Assembly: GCA_963742265.1 (NCBI GenBank) | Contig: CAVULC010000004.1 | Span: 84,733-148,732, forward strand | Origin: an uncultured Acidobacteriota bacterium | GTDB lineage: Bacteria; Acidobacteriota; Vicinamibacteria; Vicinamibacterales; 2-12-FULL-66-21 | Length of the DNA: 64,000 bases | Direction: 5' to 3' | Shown here: piece after piece, positions 40,423 through 49,613 of the stretch | Numbering within the stretch: the stretch's first letter is position 1 | Layout of the letters: each line of letters begins with the position of its first letter | The notes under the pieces: model-generated | What the model saw: the letters and a program-made list of their open reading frames with translations, nothing else | What the model was told of the DNA's origin: nothing | Databases searched by the model: none | Made by a program: the position numbers and the translations under genes

Positions 40423-41442
40423 ATGCTGTTGTTTACATCGCCGCGGTTTGGCGAGCACGTTACGCCGCCGGGGCACCCGGAGAGGCCGGAGCGGGCCCGC
40501 GTGTTCGACGAGGTGGCGTCAGGCTGGCGCGAACAGGGGGGACGGACGGCAGAACCGCGGCCGGCTTCGCGCGAGGAGCTCGCGCGCGTGCACGACGCGG
40601 TGCATCTCGCTCGCATCGAGTCGGTTGCGGGCAAACCGTCGATGCTCGACCCGGACACGTTTACATCGCCGGAGTCGTACGAGGTCGCGCTCCTCGCGGC
40701 AGGCGCCACGGTGCAGGCGGCCGAACATGCGTTGAGAACGCGCGAAACTGCATTCGCGCTGGTGCGCCCGCCGGGTCACCATGCCGAGCGGGAAAAGGCG
40801 ATGGGATTCTGTCTCTTCAACAGCGTCGCCGTCGCGGCAGCGGCGGCGATCGCTTCCGGCATCGAGCGGGTCGCGGTGGTTGACATCGATGTCCATCACG
40901 GCAACGGCACGCAATCGATTTTCTATGACGATCCGCGGGTGCTGTACGTGTCGAGCCATCAGTTCCCGTTTTATCCGGGCACCGGCGCCGCCGAGGAAAG
41001 CGGCGCCGGGAAGGGCAAGGGCTTCACCGTCAACATACCGATGGAAGCGGGATCGACCGACGCCGACTACGACCTGGTTTACCGCGCCATAGTGGTCCCG
41101 GTCCTCGAGCAGTTCGAGCCGCAGCTGACGTTGGTATCCGCCGGCTATGACGCACACGAAGCAGACCCGCTCGCGTCGATGCGCATGAGCGCGGGCGGCT
41201 ACGCTCGAATCGTCGCGCAGATCAAGGCCGCCGCAGCGAAGTCTGGAGTGCTGGCGCTCGTCACCGAGGGAGGCTACGACCTGCCCGCCTTGCGCGATTG
41301 TTTAGAGGTCACTCTCTCGATTCTCAGCACGGACGCCGTCGCGGGGAACGCGAAGGAATTCACAGCTTCTCCGGCTCCGCGCGGTGAGCGTGGTGTCGCC
41401 GCCGCCCGCGCCGCCAACGCCCGCTATTGGCCCGGTCTATAG
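40423..41442 (+). CDS. histone deacetylase family (Zn-dependent deacylase)
   Basis: Motifs HPERPER, RPPGHHA, GFCLFN, DIDVHHGNGTQ, SAGYDAH and EGGY. Confidence 0.94.
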   Translation: MLLFTSPRFGEHVTPPGHPERPERARVFDEVASGWREQGGRTAEPRPASREELARVHDAVHLARIESVAGKPSMLDPDTFTSPESYEVALLAAGATVQAAEHALRTRETAFALVRPPGHHAEREKAMGFCLFNSVAVAAAAAIASGIERVAVVDIDVHHGNGTQSIFYDDPRVLYVSSHQFPFYPGTGAAEESGAGKGKGFTVNIPMEAGSTDADYDLVYRAIVVPVLEQFEPQLTLVSAGYDAHEADPLASMRMSAGGYARIVAQIKAAAAKSGVLALVTEGGYDLPALRDCLEVTLSILSTDAVAGNAKEFTASPAPRGERGVAAARAANARYWPGL

Positions 41443-41508
41443 CACGTCCGCAGGCGGCACGTCCCGCCGTCCGCATATAAGCACGTCGCACCTGCCACCT
41501 CCCACGTG
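41442..41508 (+). repeat. degenerate heptamer array (GCACGTC-like)
   Basis: GCACGTC..GCACGTC..GCACGTC GCACCTG CCACCTC CCACGTG, starting at the HDAC TAG. Confidence 0.55.
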
Positions 41509-41521
41509 GTGAGCGGAGCCC

Positions 41522-41550
41522 TTGACACGCTGCCCGCCTCGCGGGACGAT
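41522..41550 (+). promoter_or_regulatory. sigma70 promoter (leaderless-type) for the kinase
   Basis: TTGACA-17nt-GACGAT, ending 8 nt before GTG 41559. Confidence 0.6.
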
Positions 41551-41558
41551 TGCCGCCC

Positions 41559-43913
41559 GTGCTGGGGCGCACCCTGTCGCACTACCGGATTGAGGCCCGC
41601 CTCGGTGAAGGTGGAATGGGAGCGGTCTACCTTGCGAACGACCTGGCGCTCGGACGCCAGGCGGCGCTGAAACTCGTCGCCAACGACGTCGACCCAGAAC
41701 TTCGCGAGCGGCTACTGATGGAGGCCGAAGCCGGAGCCAGGCTCCAGCATCCCGCTATCGCCACTTTTTACGAATCGAGCGAGGGCGCCGACGGCGCATT
41801 CATCGCCATGGAGTACGTGCGTGGCCGCACGCTCCGCGACGTCCTGGGCAGCGGGCCCGTGGCGCCGGCCTCAGCCATTTCGATTGCGTCGGCATTGCTG
41901 GAAGCGCTGCATCACGCACACGCAGCCGGCATTCTGCACCGCGACATCAAACCTGAAAACGTCATCCTCACCGACGACGGCGCGCCGAAGCTGCTCGATT
42001 TTGGTCTCGCCAAGGCATTGAGGGCGAACCGGGCGGATGACACGACCGTGGCCAACCTGACCGGCGGACGAATTCTCGGCACGGTGGGCTACATGTCGCC
42101 CGAGCAGTTGCGCGGCGAAGAACTCCGTCCCGCATCCGACCTGTTCGCGCTCGCGGCAGTTCTCTACGAACTGATAAGCGGCCGGCCGGCCTTTCCGGGA
42201 TCTCACGCCACCGAGCGGATCGCTGCGATCCTCAGTTACGACCCGCCGCCTCTCACCGGGGGATCCATTCCGCCGGCGCTCTGGCCGATCGTCCACCGTG
42301 CACTGGCGAAGGATCCAGCCGCGCGCTACGAATCCGCCTCTGCGATGCTGTCCGACCTGCGCGCGGTGACCGAGGGCGCGACGGTCGCGTCGGCATTGCC
42401 GCAGAGCCTCGTCGTGCTGGACTTTCGCAATCTGTCCGGGGCGTCGGACGACGACTGGATCGGGAGCGGCGTGGCGGAAAGCGTGAGCGCCGACCTGGCA
42501 CGTGTTCCGGGGCTCACCCTGGTCGGGCGCCAGAAGATGCTCGCGACGTTGCGGTCCACGAATCCGACGGGCGTCGATCACACCCAGGATGCGCTGACGC
42601 TCGGCAGCATCCTCGGCTGCCGGTGGATCCTGCTCGGAAGCTTTCAGCGCCTCGGCCCGGCGCTGCGGCTGACCAGCCAGCTCACCGATGTCGCTACAGG
42701 AGAAGTGATCGCCGGCGAAAAGCTCGACGGTCCGGTGGACACGCTGTTCGAGATGCAGGATCGCCTCGCTCGCGCTGTTCTTCAGAGCCTGCACCTGAAA
42801 CTGCCGACGCCTGCGCAAGGCGTCCTGCAGCGGCGTGACCTGCAGGCGTTCGAATGCTATGCGCGAGGCCGGCGTTTGTTTCAACGGCTGCAGAAAGGCA
42901 CGTTCGAACAGGCGCGGGAGCTCTACGAACAAGCGATCCGCGAGGAGCCGAACCATGCCAAGGCGCTGGCCGGACTCGCCGCGCTGCATGCCATGCGGTT
43001 CACGTTTACGACCGACAATGCGGAACTCGACAAGGCATCCGAGTACGCCAGGCGCTCCATTGCGGCCGATCCGCTGCTTGCCGATCCGCACGTGTGGCTT
43101 GGCTATGCGTTGATGCGATACGGCCGCATGGACGAGGCATTCGCAGCGGAGCTCCGCGCCGCCGAACTCGATCCGGTCGATGGCTACCCCCCGTACTTCT
43201 GTGGATGTGTTCTGCAATTCCGGGGACGCTCGGCAGAGGCCCTGCCGTTCTATCAGCGCGCGGTCGAAACAGGCGCGATGCACGGCTTCGCCTGGGTCGG
43301 TCTCGCCGCCGTCCATCAATCCCTCGGGAATCTGAAGGAGTGCCAGTGGTGCATGGAGCGGGCGATCTCGATGGAGCATCAGCCGGGCGCGACTCCGACA
43401 TCCGGCGCCAGCGGCTTTCTGGGTGAGTGCTTCCGCCTGCAGGGCCGGTTGCCGGAAGCGCGCGAGGCCTGCCTGGCCGGTATCGACGCGGCCGAAAAAT
43501 CGGACCACATGTATCGCGACACCTTCCGTGCGATATCCCTCTGCTGCCTGGCGCGGACCGCGCTCGACCAGGGTGATACCGCGGCCGCGCACGCCGCACT
43601 CACACAGGTCCTGGCCCACATCCATGGCCGCGAACGGACCCTTGGTGGCGGCTTCCTCGCCGTCCAGGCACTTGCGGGCCTTTCGCGGTGTGGAGACGGA
43701 GAAGAGTCACTGGTGAAGGCGATGCGGCTCTTTCGCGAGCGGGATCGCTACAACTTCTCGCTGCTGTGGATCTGCAACGAAGAGACGACACTGGTTGAAC
43801 TTGCACGCGCCGCGATTGCGCTCGGTCTTCCGGAGCAAGGCATGCTGGCGCGCGCGCAGGAACTCGGTTCGTACGAAGCGGGCGTTCTCCTCTCGAAAGG
43901 ATTGACAGCATGA
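41559..43913 (+). CDS. Hanks-type Ser/Thr kinase with TolB-N-like and TPR domains
   Basis: LGEGGMG.VY, HRDIKPEN, DFG and GTVGYMSPE, then VLDFRNLSG..DDW and helical TPR repeats. Confidence 0.9.
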   Translation: MLGRTLSHYRIEARLGEGGMGAVYLANDLALGRQAALKLVANDVDPELRERLLMEAEAGARLQHPAIATFYESSEGADGAFIAMEYVRGRTLRDVLGSGPVAPASAISIASALLEALHHAHAAGILHRDIKPENVILTDDGAPKLLDFGLAKALRANRADDTTVANLTGGRILGTVGYMSPEQLRGEELRPASDLFALAAVLYELISGRPAFPGSHATERIAAILSYDPPPLTGGSIPPALWPIVHRALAKDPAARYESASAMLSDLRAVTEGATVASALPQSLVVLDFRNLSGASDDDWIGSGVAESVSADLARVPGLTLVGRQKMLATLRSTNPTGVDHTQDALTLGSILGCRWILLGSFQRLGPALRLTSQLTDVATGEVIAGEKLDGPVDTLFEMQDRLARAVLQSLHLKLPTPAQGVLQRRDLQAFECYARGRRLFQRLQKGTFEQARELYEQAIREEPNHAKALAGLAALHAMRFTFTTDNAELDKASEYARRSIAADPLLADPHVWLGYALMRYGRMDEAFAAELRAAELDPVDGYPPYFCGCVLQFRGRSAEALPFYQRAVETGAMHGFAWVGLAAVHQSLGNLKECQWCMERAISMEHQPGATPTSGASGFLGECFRLQGRLPEAREACLAGIDAAEKSDHMYRDTFRAISLCCLARTALDQGDTAAAHAALTQVLAHIHGRERTLGGGFLAVQALAGLSRCGDGEESLVKAMRLFRERDRYNFSLLWICNEETTLVELARAAIALGLPEQGMLARAQELGSYEAGVLLSKGLTA

Positions 43914-44792
43914 TTCTCGTCGTTGGAGCCACTGGTGTGGTCGGGCAGGCGGTCACCCGTCGACTGCAGGAGAAAGGCAAGAGTGTGCGGGCGTTGGCCA
44001 GGGCACAGTCAGACGCGACAAAGACCGCCACGCATCGAGCAGACTGGTGCGACCCTTTTCCACGGGGATCTCAAGGACGCGGCATCCCTCCGGGCGGCCT
44101 GCGAAGGGATCGATACTGTCGTCTCGACCGCCTCTGCAACGATCTCGCGTGGCGCCGGTGACAACATCTTCTCCGTCGATCGGGATGGACAGCTGGCGCT
44201 GGTTGATGCGGCACGGACGGCGGGCGTGCGCCACTTCATCTACGTCTCCTTCAGCGGCAACATGAACGCGCCGTTTCCGCTCTCCGACGCGAAGCGTGCC
44301 GTCGAGCGGCGGCTGCGCGAGAGCGGGATGACCTACACCATCGTCCGTCCGTCGTTCTTCATGGACGTGTGGCTGAGCCCCCATGCGGGATTCGATCCGG
44401 TTGGCGGGCAGGTCAGGATCTACGGGAGCGGAGACGCGCCGGTCAGCCTGGTCTCGGCGTCGGACGTTGCGGCGTACGTGGCCGAATGCGTGGACAATCC
44501 TGCGGTTCACAACCAGGTGATCGAATTCGGCGGACCGGAGCCGGTCAGCCCGAATGCCGTCGTGGCTCTCTTTGAAGCGGCGCTCGGCAAGTCGATCGCG
44601 AAAACGAACATCCCGGAGGCGGCACTCGAACAGCAGCTCGCGACCTCCGAGGATCCGCTCCAGAAGACGCTTGCCGGTCTGGCCCTGGGCATGGCCCGCG
44701 GTGATGCGATCGACAACGGCCCGGCGCTTCGCATGGCCAGCGTGCCGCTGACGGACGTGCGTACCTTCGTCGATCGCCGCGTCCGAATATAA
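43910..44792 (+). CDS. NmrA/atypical SDR NAD(P)-binding protein (one frameshift near 44030)
   Basis: [12 protein letters not shown], then GDL.D..SL..AC.G.D.V, K...[20 protein letters not shown]. Confidence 0.85.
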
Positions 44793-44802
44793 TTCAAGGA
44801 TA

Positions 44803-47331
44803 GTGGCGGATTACAAACCCCAGACAATAGAGCAGAAGTGGCAGGATCGCTGGCGCGAGACGCGCGCATTCGAGGTCACCGAGGATCCCGGAAAGCAGAA
44901 GTTCTACTGCCTCGAGATGTTCGCGTACCCGTCAGGGCACGCGCATGTCGGTCACGTTCGCAACTACATGATCGGCGACGTCGTCGCGCGCATGAAGCGG
45001 ATGCGCGGCTTCAACGTCCTGCATCCGTTCGGCTGGGACGCATTCGGCCTCCCGGCCGAGAACGCTGCGATCAAGAACGGCACCCACCCGGAAACCTGGA
45101 CGCTCGAGAACATTGCCCACATGAAAGGGCAGCTCCAGCGCCTGGGCATCAGCTACGCCTGGGAGCGCGAGATCGCCACCTGCATGCCGGACTACTACCA
45201 CTGGAACCAGTGGGTATTCCTCAAGATGCTCGAGCGGGACCTCGCCTACAAGCGCAAGTCCAACGTCAACTGGTGTCCGAGTTGTAAGACGGTGCTCGCG
45301 AACGAGCAGGTGATCAATGGCGCGTGCTGGCGCTGTGGCACGACGGTCACGACTCGCGAACTCGAGCAGTGGTTCTTCCGCATCACCAAGTACGCCGACG
45401 AACTGCTCGCCGCCGCCGATTCGTCGCTCCAGGGCTGGCCCGAAAAAGTTCTGACGATGCAGCGGAACTGGATCGGACGGTCTGAGGGCGCGCGCGTGAA
45501 GTTCGAGAACATCGAGGTGTTCACGACGCGCATCGACACGATCTTCGGCGCGAACTTCATCCTGCTGGCGCCTGAACATCCGCTGGTGCAGTCATGGTCG
45601 AAGGAGCAGCCCGATCGTTTCGCGGACGGATTGAAGAAGTTCCAGGGGCAGGACCGCAACGCCCGGATGACGGGTGAGGTGGAGAAGGAGGGCTTTGACA
45701 CCGGCCGGACGGTGAAGAATCCGTTCACCGGGCAGCCTGTGCCCGTGTGGGTCGCCAACTTCGTGCTCGGCGAGTACGGTACCGGCGCGGTGATGGGCGT
45801 GCCCGGACACGATCAGCGCGACTTCGAGTTCGCGCGCAAGTACAGCCTGCCCATCACGGTGGTCGTCCGTCCTGCTGATGGAGCGGCACCGGATTCAGCG
45901 GCACTGACCGAGGCAGCTGAAAGCGACGGCGTGCTGGTGCATTCGGGTTCGTACGACGGACTCGCCTCCGACGCGGCGCGTCAGCGGCTGACCGATGAGG
46001 CGCGCGCGCGCGGGATCGGGGAAGGGACCGTCCAGTACCGGCTGAAGGACTGGGGCATTTCGCGCCAGCGGTACTGGGGAACGCCCATTCCGGTGATCTA
46101 TTGCGATCGCGATGGCATGGTCCCCGAGAAATACGAGAACCTGCCCGTCCGTCTGCCCAAGGTCGCGGAGTTCAGTGGCCGCGGCGATTCGCCACTCGGA
46201 CAGATCCCGGAGTTCGTCAACACGATCTGCCCGAAGTGTGGTGGGCCGGCCCGGCGCGACACCGACACGATGGACACGTTCGTCGACTCATCGTGGTATT
46301 TCCTTCGGTTCTGCGACCCGGCCAATGGTGATCTGCCTTTCGATCCGGCCAAGGTCGGTTACTGGGGGCCGGTTGATTTCTACAGCGGCGGTGTCGAGCA
46401 CGCGATCCTTCACTTGATCTACTCGCGCTTCTTCACGCGCGTGTTTCGCGATCTCGGGATGACGACGATCGACGAGCCGTTTGCGCGGCTGCTGACGCAG
46501 GGCATGGTCCTCAAGGACGGCCAGGTCATGTCGAAGTCGAAGGGCAACGTGGTCGATCCCGACGACATGATCCAGCAGTTCGGTGCGGACGCGCTGCGGC
46601 TCTACGTCATGTTCGTCGCGCCGCCTGAGAAAGAGATCGAGTGGACGGACGCCGGCCTCGAAGGGAGCTGGCGCTTCCTCGCGCGCGTGTGGCGACTGGT
46701 TGATCAACTGTGCGAGACGATCGGCGGCGCGGGGATTCCTGGCCCGTCCGGTCTCGAACTCGACGACTCGGAGCGCGCGCTGCGGCGGAAGACGCACGAG
46801 ACGATCCGCCGGGTGACATTCGATCTCGATCCGCGCGTGCATCTGAACACGGCCGTCTCTGCGCTCATGGAACTGGTCAACGAGCTGTATGCCTTCTGCA
46901 GCCGCAGCTCGTGCCTGCGCATGGGCAAGGAGGGTGAGGCTGCTGAGAGTGTCGGCACGATCGAACGCCCAGGAACTGTGGCAGTTCTGAAGGAAGCGAT
47001 CGAGTCGCTCGTGTTGATGGTCTCGCCGTTCGCACCTCACATGGCGGAGGAGCTCTGGGAGATGCTGGGGCATACCGGCGGCGTGGTGGCGGCCGGCTGG
47101 CCTGCGTTCGACGCGGAAGTCGCGAAGGCGTCGGAGATCACGGTTCCCGTCCAGGTGAACGGCAAGCTCCGCGCCCGCCTGACGGCAGCGGCAGATATCA
47201 CCGAAGAGGAACTGCGCGAGATGGCGCTGCGGGATCCGCAGGTCGCGAAGCACACCGACGGACGTACGGTGCGGAAAGTGGTTGTCGCCGGCGGCGCGGG
47301 CAATCGTCTCGTGAGCATCGTGGTTGGCTGA
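44803..47331 (+). CDS. leuS: leucine--tRNA ligase
   Basis: Motifs [42 protein letters not shown] and MSKSKGN. Confidence 0.97.
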   Translation: MADYKPQTIEQKWQDRWRETRAFEVTEDPGKQKFYCLEMFAYPSGHAHVGHVRNYMIGDVVARMKRMRGFNVLHPFGWDAFGLPAENAAIKNGTHPETWTLENIAHMKGQLQRLGISYAWEREIATCMPDYYHWNQWVFLKMLERDLAYKRKSNVNWCPSCKTVLANEQVINGACWRCGTTVTTRELEQWFFRITKYADELLAAADSSLQGWPEKVLTMQRNWIGRSEGARVKFENIEVFTTRIDTIFGANFILLAPEHPLVQSWSKEQPDRFADGLKKFQGQDRNARMTGEVEKEGFDTGRTVKNPFTGQPVPVWVANFVLGEYGTGAVMGVPGHDQRDFEFARKYSLPITVVVRPADGAAPDSAALTEAAESDGVLVHSGSYDGLASDAARQRLTDEARARGIGEGTVQYRLKDWGISRQRYWGTPIPVIYCDRDGMVPEKYENLPVRLPKVAEFSGRGDSPLGQIPEFVNTICPKCGGPARRDTDTMDTFVDSSWYFLRFCDPANGDLPFDPAKVGYWGPVDFYSGGVEHAILHLIYSRFFTRVFRDLGMTTIDEPFARLLTQGMVLKDGQVMSKSKGNVVDPDDMIQQFGADALRLYVMFVAPPEKEIEWTDAGLEGSWRFLARVWRLVDQLCETIGGAGIPGPSGLELDDSERALRRKTHETIRRVTFDLDPRVHLNTAVSALMELVNELYAFCSRSSCLRMGKEGEAAESVGTIERPGTVAVLKEAIESLVLMVSPFAPHMAEELWEMLGHTGGVVAAGWPAFDAEVAKASEITVPVQVNGKLRARLTAAADITEEELREMALRDPQVAKHTDGRTVRKVVVAGGAGNRLVSIVVG

Positions 47332-47335
47332 TCGA

Positions 47336-47878
47336 ATGACATACCGACGCGCCGTTCACGTGCTGGTGGCAGTGATTCTGCTGCTGCCGTTATCCGGGTG
47401 TGGTTATTCGCTGTCGGGGCGAGGATCGTTCCTTCCGTCCTGGATCAAGGTGATCGGCGTTCCGTTGTTCAGGAACAACACCAACGTCTTCGATCTCGAG
47501 CGCCGCGTCACCGACAAGGTGCGCGCCGAGCTCGCGGGGCGCGGCAAGTACCGCGTCGAGCCGGGCGACGCCGGCGTCGACGCAGTGCTCTCGGGTGAGA
47601 TCACATCGGTGATGATCGGACCGGCCGCGGTGAACGAGCGGAACCAGGCGACTCGCTACGTCCTCACGCTTACCGCCAACATCGAGTTCAAGACCGTCAG
47701 GGACAACAAGGTCCTCTGGTCCAATCCGTCGCTGCAGTTCCGCGAGGAATACGACGTATCGAGCACCGCTACGGCGACCGATCCCGCGGCCTTCCTCGGT
47801 AACGACGTCAACGCGCTCGAGCGGCTCGCCAGTGCGTTCGCGCGCACGATCGTGTCGTCGATCCTCGAGGCGTTCTGA
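47336..47878 (+). CDS. lptE: LptE family lipoprotein
   Basis: Lipobox LSGCGY. Conserved leuS-lptE-holA order. Confidence 0.85.
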   Translation: MTYRRAVHVLVAVILLLPLSGCGYSLSGRGSFLPSWIKVIGVPLFRNNTNVFDLERRVTDKVRAELAGRGKYRVEPGDAGVDAVLSGEITSVMIGPAAVNERNQATRYVLTLTANIEFKTVRDNKVLWSNPSLQFREEYDVSSTATATDPAAFLGNDVNALERLASAFARTIVSSILEAF

Positions 47879-48882
47879 TGCCCGCTGCCACGCCGGCGGC
47901 CGTCCGCAAGCAGATTGCGCAGGGAAAACCCGATCCTCTCTACCTGATCCTGGGTGACGACGAGACGGAGATGTCGCGTCTCGCCAACGACCTGTCGACG
48001 GTGGTGGAGGACGAACTCCGTCCGTTCAATCTCGAACGGCTGCATGCGAACGACAAGGGCGTCTCCGCCACCTCGATCGTCGAGTCCGCGCGCACGCTGC
48101 CGATGCTCGGCGATCGTCGCGTCGTGCTCGTTCTCCGGGCCGAGCGGCTGCTCAAACCGAAACGGCGGGCGAAGGCCGGCGAAGACGAAGAGTCCGTCGA
48201 CCCCGAGGATGAGCCCGCGAGCGACCTGGATGCGCTCGGTGACTACGCGTCACGGCCGGAGCCGCTCACCACGCTCGTCCTGGTCGCTACCGATATCGAT
48301 CGAGGGCGCAAGGCGAACAAGAGCCTGCTGAAGCACGCCACGATCGTCGAGTGCTGGGGGCTGAAGGCCGGCAAGGATGCGAAAGTGGATCTGCGGCAGG
48401 TGGCCAGGGTCGCCGAACAGCAGGTCCGGATGGCGGTGGTCGACGCCGGTCAGCAGATCGACCCGGCAGCCGTTCGCCTGGTGGCCGAGCGCGCCGGAAC
48501 CGATATCGGCCGCCTTCGCGCGGATGTCGAACGGGTGCTGCTCTACACGACGGGTAAGCCGAAGATCTCCCTGCAGGACGTCCGCGAGGTCGTCAGCAGC
48601 GAGTCATCGCACGACGACTGGGCAGTGACGAACGCGATCAGCAGAGGCGACACGGCCGAAGCGCTGCGTCAGCTCGGCCTCGCGATGGATGGCGGGGGAG
48701 TGCCGTACCAGATCGTCGGGCAGCTTGCGTGGTTTGTGAGAGACAGGTTGGCAGCCGCCGAACCCCGGAGGGTTCGTACGGCCGTCGAAGCGTTGTTCAG
48801 GACCGACCTGGAGCTGAAGAGTTCCGGCGGAGATCCGCGGGTGCTGCTCGAGCGCCTGGTGGTCGACTTATGCCGTCGCTGA
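47878..48882 (+). CDS. holA: DNA polymerase III delta subunit
   Basis: Motifs PLYLILGDD, FNLERL, TLPMLGDRRVV and DLELKSSG..LLERLVV.LC. Confidence 0.9.
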   Translation: MPAATPAAVRKQIAQGKPDPLYLILGDDETEMSRLANDLSTVVEDELRPFNLERLHANDKGVSATSIVESARTLPMLGDRRVVLVLRAERLLKPKRRAKAGEDEESVDPEDEPASDLDALGDYASRPEPLTTLVLVATDIDRGRKANKSLLKHATIVECWGLKAGKDAKVDLRQVARVAEQQVRMAVVDAGQQIDPAAVRLVAERAGTDIGRLRADVERVLLYTTGKPKISLQDVREVVSSESSHDDWAVTNAISRGDTAEALRQLGLAMDGGGVPYQIVGQLAWFVRDRLAAAEPRRVRTAVEALFRTDLELKSSGGDPRVLLERLVVDLCRR

Positions 48883-49140
48883 CTTGGCGCTGACGCGGGT
48901 CGCCAGGCGCGACTTGTAGCGGCCGGCGGCGTTCTTGTGGATCACGCCCTTCGCCGCCATCTTGTCGACCAGCGAAACCGTGTCACGTACGGCCTCTTTC
49001 AGCTGGGCGGGGTCGCCGGCATCGACCGCAGCGCGGATGGTGCGGAGCGCCCCACGAAGGCGGGTGCGCATAGCGCGGTTCCGTTCGCGGTGGACGAGGT
49101 TCTGACGATGCGCCTTGAGCGCGGAAGCGTGGCTGGCCAA
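48868..49140 (-). CDS. rpsT: 30S ribosomal protein S20
   Basis: Motifs SALKAHRQ...R.RN and KGVIHKNAAGRYKSRL. Confidence 0.96.
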   Translation of the reverse strand: MASHASALKAHRQNLVHRERNRAMRTRLRGALRTIRAAVDAGDPAQLKEAVRDTVSLVDKMAAKGVIHKNAAGRYKSRLATRVSAKSATA

Positions 49141-49188
49141 GTTATCTATCCTTCTGGAAACGCTGTGTTCAGGGCTTACAAACCGTTG

Positions 49189-49197
49189 ATTGTAGCA
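49189..49197 (-). promoter_or_regulatory. extended -10 promoter for rpsT
   Basis: TGcTACAAT on the minus strand. Confidence 0.55.
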
Positions 49198-49201
49198 CGG
49201 G

Positions 49202-49588
49202 TTAGCGGCTTCGGCCTTCCTTCATCTTTCGCAGCTCCCGGCGTTCTCGCTTGTCCGGCGAACCGGCGTTCGCGGCCCTGAAGAACGGACGAGCCAGACG
49301 GGTCATCCGCATCATCTCGAGTTCTTCGGGCGAAGGCGGAGGCGTGACGTCTTCGTAGAGTTTTCGCGCCTCGGCCTTGGCGACGTGCTGTTCCGCGAAG
49401 CCCCGCACGATCAGCTTCTGCTGTCGTCCATGCGGGCGCGAAATCTCTATGACATCCTCCAACTTGAGGATGCGGTGCGGGCGGCCGGTCGCGCCGTTGA
49501 CGTCGACCTTCCCGCCGTTGCAGGCCTTTTGAGCTTCCGAGCGCGTGCGATACAGGCAGGCGATGTCGAGCCACACATCGAGTCGCAT
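49202..49588 (-). CDS. hslR: S4-domain RNA-binding protein (Hsp15/HslR-like)
   Basis: Motifs MRLDVWL..ACLYRTRS.A..AC.GGKV and G.PDKRERR.L. Confidence 0.88.
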   Translation of the reverse strand: MRLDVWLDIACLYRTRSEAQKACNGGKVDVNGATGRPHRILKLEDVIEISRPHGRQQKLIVRGFAEQHVAKAEARKLYEDVTPPPSPEELEMMRMTRLARPFFRAANAGSPDKRERRELRKMKEGRSR

Positions 49589-49613
49589 TCCCATCGATTG
49601 TAAACGTCAGGAC

